Virus record (IMG/VR): IMGVR_UViG_3300045988_036789
Coordinates: 1 to 48,415 of that record
Length of the DNA stretch: 48,415 nt
Direction: 5' to 3' (one strand)
From: a virus
Shown here: one piece after another, positions 10,001-19,355 of the stretch
How the letters are laid out: every line of letters begins with the position of its first letter
How positions within the stretch are numbered: position 1 is the stretch's first letter
The notes under the pieces: generated by a model
What the model saw: the letters and a program-made list of their open reading frames with translations, nothing else
What the model was told of the DNA's origin: nothing
Databases searched by the model: none
Program-made: the position numbers and the translations under genes

Positions 10001-10717
10001 AATGGCATTGGCTGCAATTCCTGTCTTGTTTGACAGTTCCATTATCTGTTGTGACAATGTGCCCAGTGGGACTTCCTGCGTATCTGCAATGGTTCCCACC
10101 TTTGCTATTGCTTTTTCGTACTGCTGCGCTGCCTGCACGGGTCCTGCATACACTGCGGCGGCTACGGCACTAATTGCGCCAATAGTTCCCAGCAGTTGTC
10201 CTTTTGTCTTTGAAATGCTCTGTTCTACCTGCTGTTGCTTGTCATTCAGTTTTTGCAACGTCTGCTGTGAAGTTTGCAGCTTTTCATAAGACTTTTGCAG
10301 TCTTCCGTTGGCTTCTTCCAGATTATCCGTATTTACTCCGGCTGCTTTCAGTTCGTTGGCGTAACTGTTTAATTGTTTTTCCTGTTCTTCAATTTTGGCA
10401 GTGGTCTGTTGTATCTGGTTTTCATTCTTTTCAAGCTTCTTCCGCAGTGCTTCTGTGGGTTCGCCTGTCTGCTGCAATTCCTGCTGTAATCGGTCATGCT
10501 CTGCGTTAAGCTGCGCCAGCCGTTCTTTGTTCTTGTCAATAGCGGCAGACTGCTTTGTGTAGCCGTCAATCTTTGATTGCAGGGAATTGACATTTTTTAA
10601 GCTGTCCCGTAACTGGTTATTGGTGTTAATTGCGCTTTTGAATGTGCTGTTAAAATTGCCACCCAGCGACGCTTTCAGCTTAAAAAGCAGTTCAAATTCC
10701 TTTTGTGACCCTGCCAA
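7070..10717 (-). CDS. tail tape measure protein
   Basis: 1215 aa with a coiled-coil N-terminus and Gly/Ala/Ile-rich hydrophobic repeats. TTG start after GGGAGGTG. Follows the chaperone pair. Confidence 0.9.
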   Translation of the reverse strand: MAGSQKEFELLFKLKASLGGNFNSTFKSAINTNNQLRDSLKNVNSLQSKIDGYTKQSAAIDKNKERLAQLNAEHDRLQQELQQTGEPTEALRKKLEKNENQIQQTTAKIEEQEKQLNSYANELKAAGVNTDNLEEANGRLQKSYEKLQTSQQTLQKLNDKQQQVEQSISKTKGQLLGTIGAISAVAAAVYAGPVQAAQQYEKAIAKVGTIADTQEVPLGTLSQQIMELSNKTGIAANAIADDVYNAISAGQKTGDAVNFVTNSTKLAKAGFAESSQTLDVLTTVLNAYGMSADKVSTVSDMLVQTQNKGKVTVGELASSMGKIIPTANASNVSLEQLCAGYAIMTSKGIAAAETTTYMNSMLNELSKSGSTTDKLLRQKMGGSFAELMASGKSLGEILGGIQEEASKSGLALSDMFSSSEAGKAAMSLLSNGVDGFNSSVQDMVNSVGATDSAFAKMEDTTEAKMEKAKNSIANLGIVLGQNLLPIVGNLADKVAVVVTKVSEFAAANPKLVQTALKVAAGLAALKVGMLTTKLVTLSAQDGILSLAKKLVGLRAGFIENAATSVSFAEKLKTAGSGILSYFGNVKGAMGGVGSVIGNIFSGNRVIGAVTGFMGGVKQSIVSGFLGIAGKASGALTGAGTKMLGLMLKPFSLIGGKLGPILGTVGSAIANSPLGKVGGFITKGITGAFSKATTLIAPLGNAVKTVLGPIGNLAKTALGPLGGIAGKILPVVGVITTIITVIQLVKNHLEEIRGFIQRTFGDEALAVFDKIVSVITNIGDTIKNVFSDGNIGAARDKIQELFGDKGAAVFDTFVNVLGTVKNAVSEVVGFITTYVVPVAEQVLQVIVTQVIPGIVSFIQAAAPTIMQIIQSIADFIGAIIPVIGSFIAGLMPIISEIITFISTYVLPIISELFSFICSTVLPAISAAIQAILPVVTNVLQTLLPAIQTALTTIWNIVSPIIQGILAAIQFAMPTIQSIVQSGVQAISGVISGIATVLNGIITFITGVFSGNWRQAWEGIKQIFSGIWQGIKSVCTGVINGIISAVNTVIRGLNKVKVPDWVPGVGGKGINISEIPMLAKGSKNTPDTFIAGEAGPELITNAPGRTVFTADQTRNILAAQNTAATTAAAVAPTAAQTTTTPQTVNNYNTAPEVTAGAGSGGGSANNVTINNSPTIVINGDKPEDLDAKLEENNRKLLRDVEDLLDEKEDKEKRQKYD

Positions 10718-10731
10718 GCTGTTTCACCTCC

Positions 10732-11336
10732 CTACGCATTATTGCTGTTCTGTTTCTGCTCTTCCGCTTCTTCTTTTTCCACTTCATTTATGGTTTCAAT
10801 CCATGCAAAAAGTCTGCGTATAGGCATTTGCAGCCAGAACGGGACGGGCGTATGTGAAGCCCTTGACATTTTGTATATCTGCTTTCTTATGAACTTTGCG
10901 GGTTCTTTAATTTTTAATAGCCCGCAGCAATTAAAAAATCCCTTGCTTTGTTCTTAATCTTCATGTAATCACCTACCGGAAGACGTCTGATTTCATCAGA
11001 AGCAACCCCCGCAGCTTTTGCCGCAAGAATACACTGGAACGCAGAGGAAATTTCCGGTGAAAGTGCATATTTGTTCTGGTCTGCAAGTTCCTGTTCTACT
11101 GCTTCAATATCTTCACCAGTTAAATTGTCAAAATAGAAAGTTAATTTTGTATACTTCTTTCCCTCAATCTCTCTGGGCTTTTTGAATGTGTGTGTATAAT
11201 TCAAACTGCCGTCTTCTTCCTTGTCTTTCTTCTTGTCGTCAAAATTGACCACGCCGCTTGCCTGTGCTTCCTGCATTTCCTTTTCCTGCTCTGTTACCTG
11301 CTCCATGTTTTCAGTTGTATTTGTTGTATCTGACAT
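10732..11336 (-). CDS. tail assembly chaperone, -1 frameshift-extended product
   Basis: After T_TTT_TTA (10938..10932) the -1 frame stays open for ~65 codons (NCCGLLKIKEPAKF...EEAEEQKQNSNNA). It stops at 10734..10732, directly before the tape-measure RBS. Confidence 0.6.
10914..11336 (-). CDS. tail assembly chaperone (short, zero-frame product)
   Basis: 140 aa acidic protein between the tube and tape-measure genes. Contains a slippery heptamer near its 3' end. Confidence 0.75.
   Translation of the reverse strand: MSDTTNTTENMEQVTEQEKEMQEAQASGVVNFDDKKKDKEEDGSLNYTHTFKKPREIEGKKYTKLTFYFDNLTGEDIEAVEQELADQNKYALSPEISSAFQCILAAKAAGVASDEIRRLPVGDYMKIKNKARDFLIAAGY
10932..10938 (-). promoter_or_regulatory. 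-1 programmed ribosomal frameshift slippery heptamer T_TTT_TTA
   Basis: Zero-frame codons are gaT TTT TTA, a perfect X_XXY_YYZ pattern. Confidence 0.6.
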
Positions 11337-11370
11337 TGTTTATTCCTCCATATCTTTGATTTTAGGCAGG

Positions 11371-11395
11371 AAAAAACCAGCGGTCTTCCCGCTGG
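11371..11395 (-). terminator. intrinsic terminator after the tail tube gene
   Basis: Minus strand reads CCAGCGG-gaaga-CCGCTGG followed by TTTTTT. Confidence 0.55.
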
Positions 11396-11410
11396 CTCCT
11401 GCTGTCTTTT

Positions 11411-11929
11411 TTACTTGCCTAATGCTTTTCTGACGTCCTTTAAGTAATCTTTGCCATTGATAATGCACACAAAGTTTAACGGGTCAATTTCCGTTACCTT
11501 TGAACCGTCCAAGTACATTGCATAGTATGAAACGGCATATTCACCGCTTACATCAGCTGTTGAAGCTGCCGCAACTTTTCCAAGTGCTGTCTTCTTCGGC
11601 TTTACTTTCATAATGTGCTTAACGCCGGACACTTCGTTTGCGCTTGTGCGCAGGTTCATTCTCTGCTGTGCAACTCGCAGGTCAATTCTGTGTACCCGTG
11701 GTTCCATCAGCTTGACTGCTGCCGCTGTGACAGTTCGGAAATTGAAAGTTGTTGACATTGCATTTAAGTGACCGATAATTATTTCTTCGATATTTCCCGC
11801 AATGCCTGCGCCGCTCAACTCTTCCGTCATGTACTCCAAGTCTGGCAGTGTCACTTCTGTGGTTCCCAGATACTCTACGGCGTCTTCGTAAATCGCATAG
11901 TTAATAACTAATTCGTCAACTTTTGACAT
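11411..11929 (-). CDS. tail tube protein
   Basis: 172 aa, immediately downstream of the sheath gene. Confidence 0.8.
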   Translation of the reverse strand: MSKVDELVINYAIYEDAVEYLGTTEVTLPDLEYMTEELSGAGIAGNIEEIIIGHLNAMSTTFNFRTVTAAAVKLMEPRVHRIDLRVAQQRMNLRTSANEVSGVKHIMKVKPKKTALGKVAAASTADVSGEYAVSYYAMYLDGSKVTEIDPLNFVCIINGKDYLKDVRKALGK

Positions 11930-11945
11930 TCTGTTTCACCTCCTG

Positions 11946-13376
11946 TTATGCTGCCACCAGTGCTGCAAGATATGACAAGTCATATTCAAGCACAAAGTCC
12001 ATTTTCTGCATTGGTGATGGCGGCGTCATATAAATGTGAAAACGCACAATTCCTGCTGCAAGCTGGCTTGTGCTGTTTTCGCTTTCGTTGAACTCCACAC
12101 GTCCACCAATGATTTTTTCATCAGTTGCAAGGCTTGCCAGCCAATCATTGATTGACTGCACAACTGCGTCAATCAGACGTCTTTTAATTCCTCTGTCAAT
12201 GTAGTTCCAGTACGTCAAAATAAGCGTCTTTGCAACCCACTTGAACATACGGTTGATACAGTAGAAATAGTCCGTCACGTCTGTGCTGGCAGGATAACAA
12301 GCCGTATAATTTCCCCAGCTCACAAAGCCATTAAAGAAATTAAGTGCAGTCACAACGCCGTTTTCGTTCAAGTAGTTTGCCTGCTGAATATCCATGACTA
12401 CTTCCGAACCGTCCGCAGTAACCATTCTGTCTGCCTGTATACCCTTGTTTGAAGCACTTTCGCAAGGTGTGCCGCCGCCGTACTCTTCCGCATTATCTAC
12501 GGCTGACATACTGGCTGCAAGCTGTGTTGAAAGATTGAAAACTCTATCTCCCAGCGCAACTTTAGGGAAGCAGACAACTTCTGTTCTTTTTGTGAAGTTT
12601 TTCTGTTTCTTCCATGCTGGCACTTCCGTGTAGTATGTCGCCCCGGTTTCTGCCGTGCAGTCAATGTCCAGAATTGCTTCACCCTCAAACAGTCCGTTGA
12701 TATTCTCTGCCTTTGCAGACATTACAGCTGCAACCTCTGCGTCATGTGACCAATTCGGACACAAAATAAGGTCTGGAACCTTTGTATAAAGTGGAAATAC
12801 ATTGTTAATCAGTTCAAGCCCGGTTGTCTTGTGTGTGCTTACGCTGTAACCGCCGATAATATCACTTTTTGTGACCTGTGAAGCGTCCACGGCGTCATAT
12901 TTCACGGTAAGTTTGCCTGTTGTTTCTTTTAAGAACTCCACAACGCAGTTTGTGTCGCTGTAAAATACTTCGTAATCTTCCCCGGCTGTCTTTCCTGTGA
13001 TTTCCACACTGCCTGCGATTGCTTCCGCAGGTAATACAATCTGACCGTCTACAACGTCTATCTGTGTTTCATCAACTGTTTTCTTGTGCTTCTTAGGGTC
13101 AAGAACATTTACAAAGAGCACCTGCGCAGAATTGAACAATGTAAACGCTGTGTAAATCTCTTCACAAAGACTGTATTTCTTCCAGTCGTCGGAATATCCC
13201 AACGCCTGCACTGCTTCTTTGTAGCTTGAAGCCATAATGACTTCATTTACTTTTCCGTTTACCATCTGCACGGGTGCTGTTCCAACCACAAAATGCACGC
13301 CAGTATCTACGGACACGGGCGTGATTGCGCCATTGTTTGTCTTGCTGGCGTTTACTCCATGTGATACGTCACTCAT
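11946..13376 (-). CDS. contractile tail sheath protein
   Basis: 476 aa; size and position upstream of the tube gene. Confidence 0.85.
   Translation of the reverse strand: MSDVSHGVNASKTNNGAITPVSVDTGVHFVVGTAPVQMVNGKVNEVIMASSYKEAVQALGYSDDWKKYSLCEEIYTAFTLFNSAQVLFVNVLDPKKHKKTVDETQIDVVDGQIVLPAEAIAGSVEITGKTAGEDYEVFYSDTNCVVEFLKETTGKLTVKYDAVDASQVTKSDIIGGYSVSTHKTTGLELINNVFPLYTKVPDLILCPNWSHDAEVAAVMSAKAENINGLFEGEAILDIDCTAETGATYYTEVPAWKKQKNFTKRTEVVCFPKVALGDRVFNLSTQLAASMSAVDNAEEYGGGTPCESASNKGIQADRMVTADGSEVVMDIQQANYLNENGVVTALNFFNGFVSWGNYTACYPASTDVTDYFYCINRMFKWVAKTLILTYWNYIDRGIKRRLIDAVVQSINDWLASLATDEKIIGGRVEFNESENSTSQLAAGIVRFHIYMTPPSPMQKMDFVLEYDLSYLAALVAA
12744..12762 (-). repeat. parS-like 19-bp site, copy 3 (inside the sheath CDS, inverted relative to the other two)
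   Basis: Minus strand reads GTGTCCGAATTGGTCACAT, identical to 22065..22083 and 26533..26551 on the plus strand. Confidence 0.5.
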
Positions 13377-13379
13377 TTG

Positions 13380-13760
13380 TTATACCTCCTGTTCTGCGTA
13401 TGCAAGGGCGGCAGCCTTTAAGTCTGAATAATACTTGTTGTATACATTCCCGGTTGTCTTCACCTTGTCTTTCTTGTCTGCCAGTTCGGAAATAGGAACC
13501 AGCATTTTTCTTACAAGCGGGAACTTTTCAAGAATGAAAGAAAGTTCTTCTTCAATCTCTTTGTCTGTTCCCTCAAAAATCTTGTTGCATGGCAGCATTG
13601 CTTTTGGCAGGTTCGGTCCAATGTAAATCAGCTTTACTGTTTCCGACTGCGTATTTGCCGTTTTTACGGCTTTTTCTTCTGTTGTGGTATTTTCTACCGC
13701 CTGCACCTTTTCAGCGTCCTTTTCGGCTGCTGTGGCGCTTGCTGTGGTCGCTTTTGCCAT
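13380..13760 (-). CDS. hypothetical virion-module protein
   Basis: Inner start MAKATTASA follows CAGGAGGAAG. Confidence 0.55.
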   Translation of the reverse strand: MAKATTASATAAEKDAEKVQAVENTTTEEKAVKTANTQSETVKLIYIGPNLPKAMLPCNKIFEGTDKEIEEELSFILEKFPLVRKMLVPISELADKKDKVKTTGNVYNKYYSDLKAAALAYAEQEV

Positions 13761-13776
13761 TTTGTCTTCCTCCTGT

Positions 13777-14274
13777 CTATAAATTGTGCAAAATCTCTGC
13801 CACATCACGTTGCGTGACTGGCATACTCCAATTTGTCACCATTTCGCCCATGTAGTATGGCGGCGTGGTGTCTTGATATACGATATATTCCAGCGGCAGT
13901 TCCAAAGCAAATTGACCGCCGCCGATTGTCCCGGCTTTCTTCAATTCGCTGCGCACTCTCAAAATCAGATTAAGAAGTGCAAGTGGTCCGTCCTGTCCAT
14001 CTTCTGAATACACCGCAAATATTATTCTTACTTTGCAACTGTCTTCCTCTGGTTCGCCCGCTTTCTTGTCGTCCGTCCCTGTTAGGAACTTTAACAGAAT
14101 GTATGGTACTTTCTGTTGCACGTCGTCTGCTTCCGGTAGCCCCATTTTATAAACTGCTGCTGCTCTTTCTTTTTCTTCGTTGCTTCCCGTTCTGGTTCGC
14201 ACTGGCAAAATAATGTCAGACGTTTTGGAACTAATGAATTTCTGCAATTCTTCCAACAAAAAAACTGGTGTCAT
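13777..14274 (-). CDS. putative head-tail/tail completion protein
   Basis: 165 aa, between the head-completion genes and the sheath gene. Call is by position only. Confidence 0.4.
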   Translation of the reverse strand: MTPVFLLEELQKFISSKTSDIILPVRTRTGSNEEKERAAAVYKMGLPEADDVQQKVPYILLKFLTGTDDKKAGEPEEDSCKVRIIFAVYSEDGQDGPLALLNLILRVRSELKKAGTIGGGQFALELPLEYIVYQDTTPPYYMGEMVTNWSMPVTQRDVAEILHNL

Positions 14275-14280
14275 AACGCT

Positions 14281-14847
14281 TTACCCTCCATAACCGTTCA
14301 AAATCCTGTTCATTTCGTGTATAATTCTTTCGTTTACCAGTTCTTGTGCTTCCTTTTCCAGCCCGTCTATAATATCTTCATTTCCCACCATCTGTGCTGC
14401 TGATAGTCCCATTTTCTCTTCAATCGGAAAACGCTTGCGCCCTGTCCTCTCAAATACTCCTGTGTGACCATTGCTTTTCATTTCTGCAACGAAAGCGTCT
14501 TCAAACGGTGTCCCGCTGCCACCTTTTTTGACCGCCGCCCGCACCTGCTTTCCGGTTCCGGGCTTCGTCGGCGTTACTTTGAATTTGTACAGTGGTATTT
14601 TCACGCCAGAAAACGAAACAAAGCCCGCAAGGTTTCCCGTGCTGGCTTTTGTTATATTTATTCTGGTTGCTTTCGTCAGTGCTGCGCCATTTACGGCATA
14701 TACGGTTTTTACCTGCTTTATTGCCTGTGTCTTCACTCTGGAAATACCACGGTTCATAGCGCTGGCAAATACTCTTTCTGCACCTTTTGGAACGTCTGCC
14801 AGCAGGGTTCCCACTCTTTCTATTGCGTCAGATGTTATTTCAATCAT
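14281..14847 (-). CDS. putative head-tail joining/tail completion protein (gpZ- or gp10-like)
   Basis: 188 aa. Call rests on position and weak resemblance. Confidence 0.4.
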   Translation of the reverse strand: MIEITSDAIERVGTLLADVPKGAERVFASAMNRGISRVKTQAIKQVKTVYAVNGAALTKATRINITKASTGNLAGFVSFSGVKIPLYKFKVTPTKPGTGKQVRAAVKKGGSGTPFEDAFVAEMKSNGHTGVFERTGRKRFPIEEKMGLSAAQMVGNEDIIDGLEKEAQELVNERIIHEMNRILNGYGG

Positions 14848-15188
14848 TCTTCCAACATCTCCAATTCAAGAATTATTTCCCCGTCCTCGCAGTCTGCTTT
14901 TGAAATGTTATACATATTGATTGCCCCGGCTTCGTCAATTTCAAGCTGGCGTCCTTTTTTGGGAACGCAACCAAAATCATATAATGACATATAGACCAGA
15001 CAAGAAGCACGGTTTATGCCCTCTGCATTGTCCCCGTTTCCTCTCTGCCGTTCGTCGGCTGCCGTGTGGTCAATGATTATGGGCAAATAGTGTTTCTTGC
15101 CTTGATACCATATATCAGTCATAGTTGCCATTTCTCCACAGTTGTGAAACACTTTCATGTCACTGGCAAGCTGTGCTTTGAAGTCCAT
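14844..15188 (-). CDS. putative head-tail connector protein
   Basis: 114 aa, directly after the major capsid gene with an overlapping stop/start. Confidence 0.45.
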   Translation of the reverse strand: MDFKAQLASDMKVFHNCGEMATMTDIWYQGKKHYLPIIIDHTAADERQRGNGDNAEGINRASCLVYMSLYDFGCVPKKGRQLEIDEAGAINMYNISKADCEDGEIILELEMLEE

Positions 15189-16243
15189 TAGATAGGCGTT
15201 GCAACAAACCAGCTGTCTACATCATGCGGAACGCATAACGGTGCAGAAGACAGATTAAGGAAGCGGCGGGCAGGCTTACGCTTTGTCCATGCGTCCGGTA
15301 CATATTTACCCTCTACGGTCATAAAGTTGCCGTCCGGCTCCTTAATAAGTGTGATTGCTCCATAGTACATGGAATAATCAGCGTTTGTGCTTAACAGTGC
15401 CAAGCTGTCAGCAGGTACAAGCGGCTTGTCTTCCGGTTTGTTCGGGTTTGTCCAGTCGTCAAGATACCACTCATTGTACTTGTAAATATCAAGTCCCAGT
15501 TCGTGAATGGTTCCAAGGTATGTGACGCCGTTCGGTAACTGTTTAGGCTGTATAACCGCAAGGTTGAAGTTTTTCACATCAAGCATTTTCTGCACCTTTG
15601 CATGATTTACAAACGCATTTGCAACGTCGCCACCCATAACACAAATATCACAGTTTACAAATCCGGTCTTCTGTACGGTTTCGTGCCAGCGCTTCAAATC
15701 TGCGATAGGGTCGGAAGTGTCAGCAGTCCACTTCTTCGCTGCTGTTGTGATTTTCTCTTTGTTTGTAAAAGAGAAGTCAATCACTTCATTTACTCCGTCG
15801 CCAATGATAGGGATTGTGCCAGTAAAAATGGTCTGTACGCACATTAACTCTTCACGGCGTAAAATCATTTCTCGCAGTTCCTTGAAATCATCAGCCATTT
15901 TAAGCACTGCACGTTCCGCAGGTGTTCTGCCAGAATAAAGGCTTTCACCCGGTCTGCGCTGTAAAAGGTCGTCAACCGTTGTGACCTTTTCCGGTGCAAC
16001 TAAAGGCGGTGTGTAGGTCTTTGTTTCATAGCCAGTGTTTGGCACTACCTTTCCACCAATTACACGGCTGACAAACGGTGCAACCTTTCTGCTTCCTTTC
16101 TTGAAATCAACATCAACATTCTTTGTCACGAATGTTTCTTCATGTTTGAAAAATGTACTTCTGAAAAAAGTACGCACGGGCGGTAACTTCTGAACCACTC
16201 TGCCCATTGTTCGTGGTTCGTAAATAGATACTTCATTTGCCAT
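15188..16243 (-). CDS. major capsid protein (lambda gpE family)
   Basis: 351 aa. N-terminus IYEPRTMGRVVQKLPPVRTFFRSTFF is typical of the gpE family. Follows a decoration-like gene. Confidence 0.85.
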   Translation of the reverse strand: MANEVSIYEPRTMGRVVQKLPPVRTFFRSTFFKHEETFVTKNVDVDFKKGSRKVAPFVSRVIGGKVVPNTGYETKTYTPPLVAPEKVTTVDDLLQRRPGESLYSGRTPAERAVLKMADDFKELREMILRREELMCVQTIFTGTIPIIGDGVNEVIDFSFTNKEKITTAAKKWTADTSDPIADLKRWHETVQKTGFVNCDICVMGGDVANAFVNHAKVQKMLDVKNFNLAVIQPKQLPNGVTYLGTIHELGLDIYKYNEWYLDDWTNPNKPEDKPLVPADSLALLSTNADYSMYYGAITLIKEPDGNFMTVEGKYVPDAWTKRKPARRFLNLSSAPLCVPHDVDSWFVATPI

Positions 16244-16259
16244 GATTGTTTTATCCTCC

Positions 16260-16595
16260 TTACTTCAAAAAGATTGATACTTTTCGCAGTGCTTCTTTGA
16301 TTTTTGCTAAATCTGCGCTTGCTTCAAGGTTTAATGCGTCAGTGAAAAACTCACCTGTCAAATAATATGTGACTGGCTCGCCCTTTCCTGCTGCTGCCGC
16401 AGAAATTCCGATTGCGTTCGCTTCTTTTGTTGTAGCAACCGGAATGATTTTGTTTTCGTTCTCTGTGTCAACCATTACTGGTGCATACTCTTTGATTTCT
16501 GCGCCTGCAACTCCCGTTTCCGGTACTGTTGGGAAGTCGCCAGCAAAGAAATTCTTTGGCGCTGTTTCTCTCTTCTCTACTGCGTATTCACTCAT
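16260..16595 (-). CDS. head decoration protein (gpD-like)
   Basis: 111 aa, between the protease/scaffold gene and the capsid gene. Confidence 0.6.
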   Translation of the reverse strand: MSEYAVEKRETAPKNFFAGDFPTVPETGVAGAEIKEYAPVMVDTENENKIIPVATTKEANAIGISAAAAGKGEPVTYYLTGEFFTDALNLEASADLAKIKEALRKVSIFLK

Positions 16596-16609
16596 TTTGC
16601 GCTACCTCC

Positions 16610-17836
16610 TTATTTTGTATCTGGAAACAACTTGTCAATAGCGGCATTGAACGGGTCTTTTCCGTCACCGCCTGCGTTGTCCTCCGGTGTTACGCCAGAT
16701 ACGCTGTTTGCCCCGCTGTTCTGTGCGTCCTGCTGGCGGTTCTGAATGTAAGTTCCACCCGCTTTGTTCTGCTCTGCAATGATTTTCACTGCAAGTTCCT
16801 GCGCAGAAATAGGGTTTTCAAACTTTGCGTCTGTCGCAAGTGCTGCATAGTTGCCGTTTGCCAAGTCTTCAATGCCTTTAATTCTTGCACGTTCTGTGGC
16901 TGCGGCTTCGTTCTGGATTGTCGCTACTAAATCCGGGTATGCGGCTTTTAGTGCGTCAACCGTTGTGATTTTGTTTTCTGGTGCTGCCATTTCTGGTTCC
17001 TCCTTTTCTTTTGGCTTGTTGATAGGTTCTGTTGCACTATTTACTAAACTACCCGGATTTTGATTGTGCGGGCTGTTTAATAACTGGGTTGGAATACTCT
17101 TGAACATGGAAACGTCAATAGGCACTGAATTGACAACGATTTTTGAAGAATTTTCAACAACTGTTGTGCTGTCTTCAAACATCAATTCATCACAAAAGCC
17201 GTTTTCAACGGCAATGTCGCCCGTCCACCATGTTTCGTTTGACATAAGCTGTTCTATGTCTTCTGTTTTTTTGCCAGTCTTGCTGGCGTATGTATTGACA
17301 ATGCTTTGTTTAATCACTTTCAGTTCATCAGCCATCTTCAAAAAGTCTTCTGCTCTGAAAGTGTCCCAGACTGTCATTGCTGGGTCATGTATCATAAATA
17401 CACCGTTTCTGGCAATCTTGATTGTGTCGCCAGCCATAGCAATGATTGTGGCAGCGCTTGCCGCCCAGCCATCAATTTTGACTGTCACTTTAGCTGAACA
17501 ATCTTTCAATCTCGTAAAAATTGCATTTGCTGCGAACACATCACCGCCGCCGCTGTTAATTCGCACGATAATTTCCGGCACATCACCAAGCGCCGCAAGT
17601 TCTTGATTGAATTGCTGTGGCGTCACCCTGTCTTCCCACCATGACTGCTGGCTGCTTATTGCGCCGTATAAAAGCAGTTCTGGTGGTTTGTCGCCTGTTG
17701 CTGGAATAAAATTCCAGAATTTATTTGTCGTCACTCCGTATGGATTGCCCGGCGTCCTGTTGTCCTGCTGCTGGTTCATTCCCTGCGCCTGCTGCGGCTG
17801 CTGGGGATTTTGGCTTGTTTGCATTGGCATTGGCAA
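16610..17836 (-). CDS. head maturation protease (ClpP/S49-like) with C-terminal scaffold-like region
   Basis: NSGGGDVFAANAIFTRL...DGWAASAATIIAMAG is a ClpP-like core; the C-terminal ~130 aa are helical and scaffold-like. The start is uncertain because the ORF overlaps the portal 3' end. Confidence 0.75.
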   Translation of the reverse strand: MPMPMQTSQNPQQPQQAQGMNQQQDNRTPGNPYGVTTNKFWNFIPATGDKPPELLLYGAISSQQSWWEDRVTPQQFNQELAALGDVPEIIVRINSGGGDVFAANAIFTRLKDCSAKVTVKIDGWAASAATIIAMAGDTIKIARNGVFMIHDPAMTVWDTFRAEDFLKMADELKVIKQSIVNTYASKTGKKTEDIEQLMSNETWWTGDIAVENGFCDELMFEDSTTVVENSSKIVVNSVPIDVSMFKSIPTQLLNSPHNQNPGSLVNSATEPINKPKEKEEPEMAAPENKITTVDALKAAYPDLVATIQNEAAATERARIKGIEDLANGNYAALATDAKFENPISAQELAVKIIAEQNKAGGTYIQNRQQDAQNSGANSVSGVTPEDNAGGDGKDPFNAAIDKLFPDTK

Positions 17837-19355
17837 TTTTCTTCACCTCTCTTAACTCTTTTTCTTCGTGTTTCAGTTGTTCAATATTGTTGTAGTAGCT
17901 TGTGCCCGTCATTTGCATTGTTTCGTCGCTTCGTGTGCTAAAGCCGTTCTGCACCCGCTTTTCTGCGGCTGTTACTTCTTTTACCGGGTCTAACATACCC
18001 TTTGCAGGTCCGTTCCATTTCGCCCCGCAATATGCTTTTCTAATCACCGGGTCAGTAAAGAAGCCCGGTGCCTTGATACGCCCTTTTGCAACTGCTTCTG
18101 TCAACCACTCTTCATATACTGGCTGGCAAAAGTCAGTTGCTAACCAGTCCCGGTACATATTAAACATTTTCCACGCTTCTTCCAGTGCGCCTTTACTTGC
18201 TGTATAACTGGAATTAAAGCGCTTCATAAGCAATTCATAAGGTATTTCAAGGCTGGCGCCTATCTGCTGGCATATAGCTTCCACAAAGCCGCCAAAATTG
18301 GCGTTTGGTCTTCCGGGGTTCATGTCGTGTGCCTTTTCACCCTCGTTTAAGTCGATAACGGCACCCGGCGCAAGTTCAATGGTGGTTTCGTCCTCTGCGT
18401 CCACCTGCACTTCCTCCGGTATAATGCTTCCTATTGCGTCTTCGCTGCTTGCGTCTGCCTTTTCGATAAACACCGTGAACATACCGGACACAACCGCTGC
18501 AACCAGTTCGGCGTCCGTGTATCTGCCAAGCTGTTTTAGGCTTTCAATGACCGGGGCAAGGAATGGAACGCCCCTGCGCTGTCCTATTCGTTCACGGTTC
18601 ATAAGGTGTAGTACGTTTCTTCTTCCGGTTGTTTTTCCGAACGCTTCCACCCTCTGCCAGCTAATATCTGCGTAGGCGTAAGACAACGGGTGGTGGTCTG
18701 CTATGTGATACGCTACAACTTCCCCGGACTTGTCAACCTCCACACCTCCAACAATTTTATTGTCTATGGTGTCGCAGTTGTCCGGGCTGCATAATCTGTC
18801 CGCTTCTATCAGCTGCACACGCAGGTCATATGGCTGGTTCAGTCGTGGTTTGACCGGAAGCACTGCCAGACAGTCCCCAGAAATAAGCCAATTCAAAAAA
18901 GCTAACTGCTGCAACTCACAAAAGTTGTCAATTCGTGCCATGTCACAATCTGTGCTTTCTGCCCAGATATTCCATTCACGTTCAATCTGCTTTTCAAGTG
19001 TTCTTCTTTCCTCCGGTGATATGCCCAGCAATTCTGTGTCAATGTTCGGCTTCAAACGTAGCCCACGCCCAACAATGTTGGTTCGCATGGTTTTGACAGC
19101 GCCATTTGCAATAGGCACGCCCATGTATAAATCACGGGTACGCTGTCGCAGTATTGAAACATTGTCTTCTATATCTTCACGACTGCTGCCGCCCGCATGA
19201 ATCCACCCTGCAAGTGATTTTTTCACTACGCTGGCACCATAATTGCTGTACCCGCTGTTCAAAATCTGCAATTTTTGTCTTGCCGCAGTACGTTTCAGTG
19301 CTGTTTGCGGTGCCACAACTGCTATTGCTTTGTCAATTCCCGCTGCAATTCCCAC
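17721..19355 (-). CDS. portal protein (lambda gpB family)
   Basis: 544 aa, GTG start after AAAGGAGGTG. Order is terminase-gpW-portal-protease. Confidence 0.85.
   Translation of the reverse strand: MGIAAGIDKAIAVVAPQTALKRTAARQKLQILNSGYSNYGASVVKKSLAGWIHAGGSSREDIEDNVSILRQRTRDLYMGVPIANGAVKTMRTNIVGRGLRLKPNIDTELLGISPEERRTLEKQIEREWNIWAESTDCDMARIDNFCELQQLAFLNWLISGDCLAVLPVKPRLNQPYDLRVQLIEADRLCSPDNCDTIDNKIVGGVEVDKSGEVVAYHIADHHPLSYAYADISWQRVEAFGKTTGRRNVLHLMNRERIGQRRGVPFLAPVIESLKQLGRYTDAELVAAVVSGMFTVFIEKADASSEDAIGSIIPEEVQVDAEDETTIELAPGAVIDLNEGEKAHDMNPGRPNANFGGFVEAICQQIGASLEIPYELLMKRFNSSYTASKGALEEAWKMFNMYRDWLATDFCQPVYEEWLTEAVAKGRIKAPGFFTDPVIRKAYCGAKWNGPAKGMLDPVKEVTAAEKRVQNGFSTRSDETMQMTGTSYYNNIEQLKHEEKELREVKKIANANANKPKSPAAAAGAGNEPAAGQQDAGQSIRSDDK

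Noticed and set aside
8223-10289. Long plus-strand ORFs 8223..9278 (351 aa) and 9327..10289 (320 aa).
   Set aside because: These are shadow ORFs opposite the tape measure gene. They are Pro/Ser/Phe-rich mirror translations of its Gly/Ala/Ile repeats and have no start context.
17721-17836. The 116-nt overlap between the portal and protease ORFs could be a programmed recoding site.
   Set aside because: I saw no slippery sequence. The protease most likely starts at an internal Met (for example MNQQQDN...). The overlap is an artefact of taking the longest ORF.
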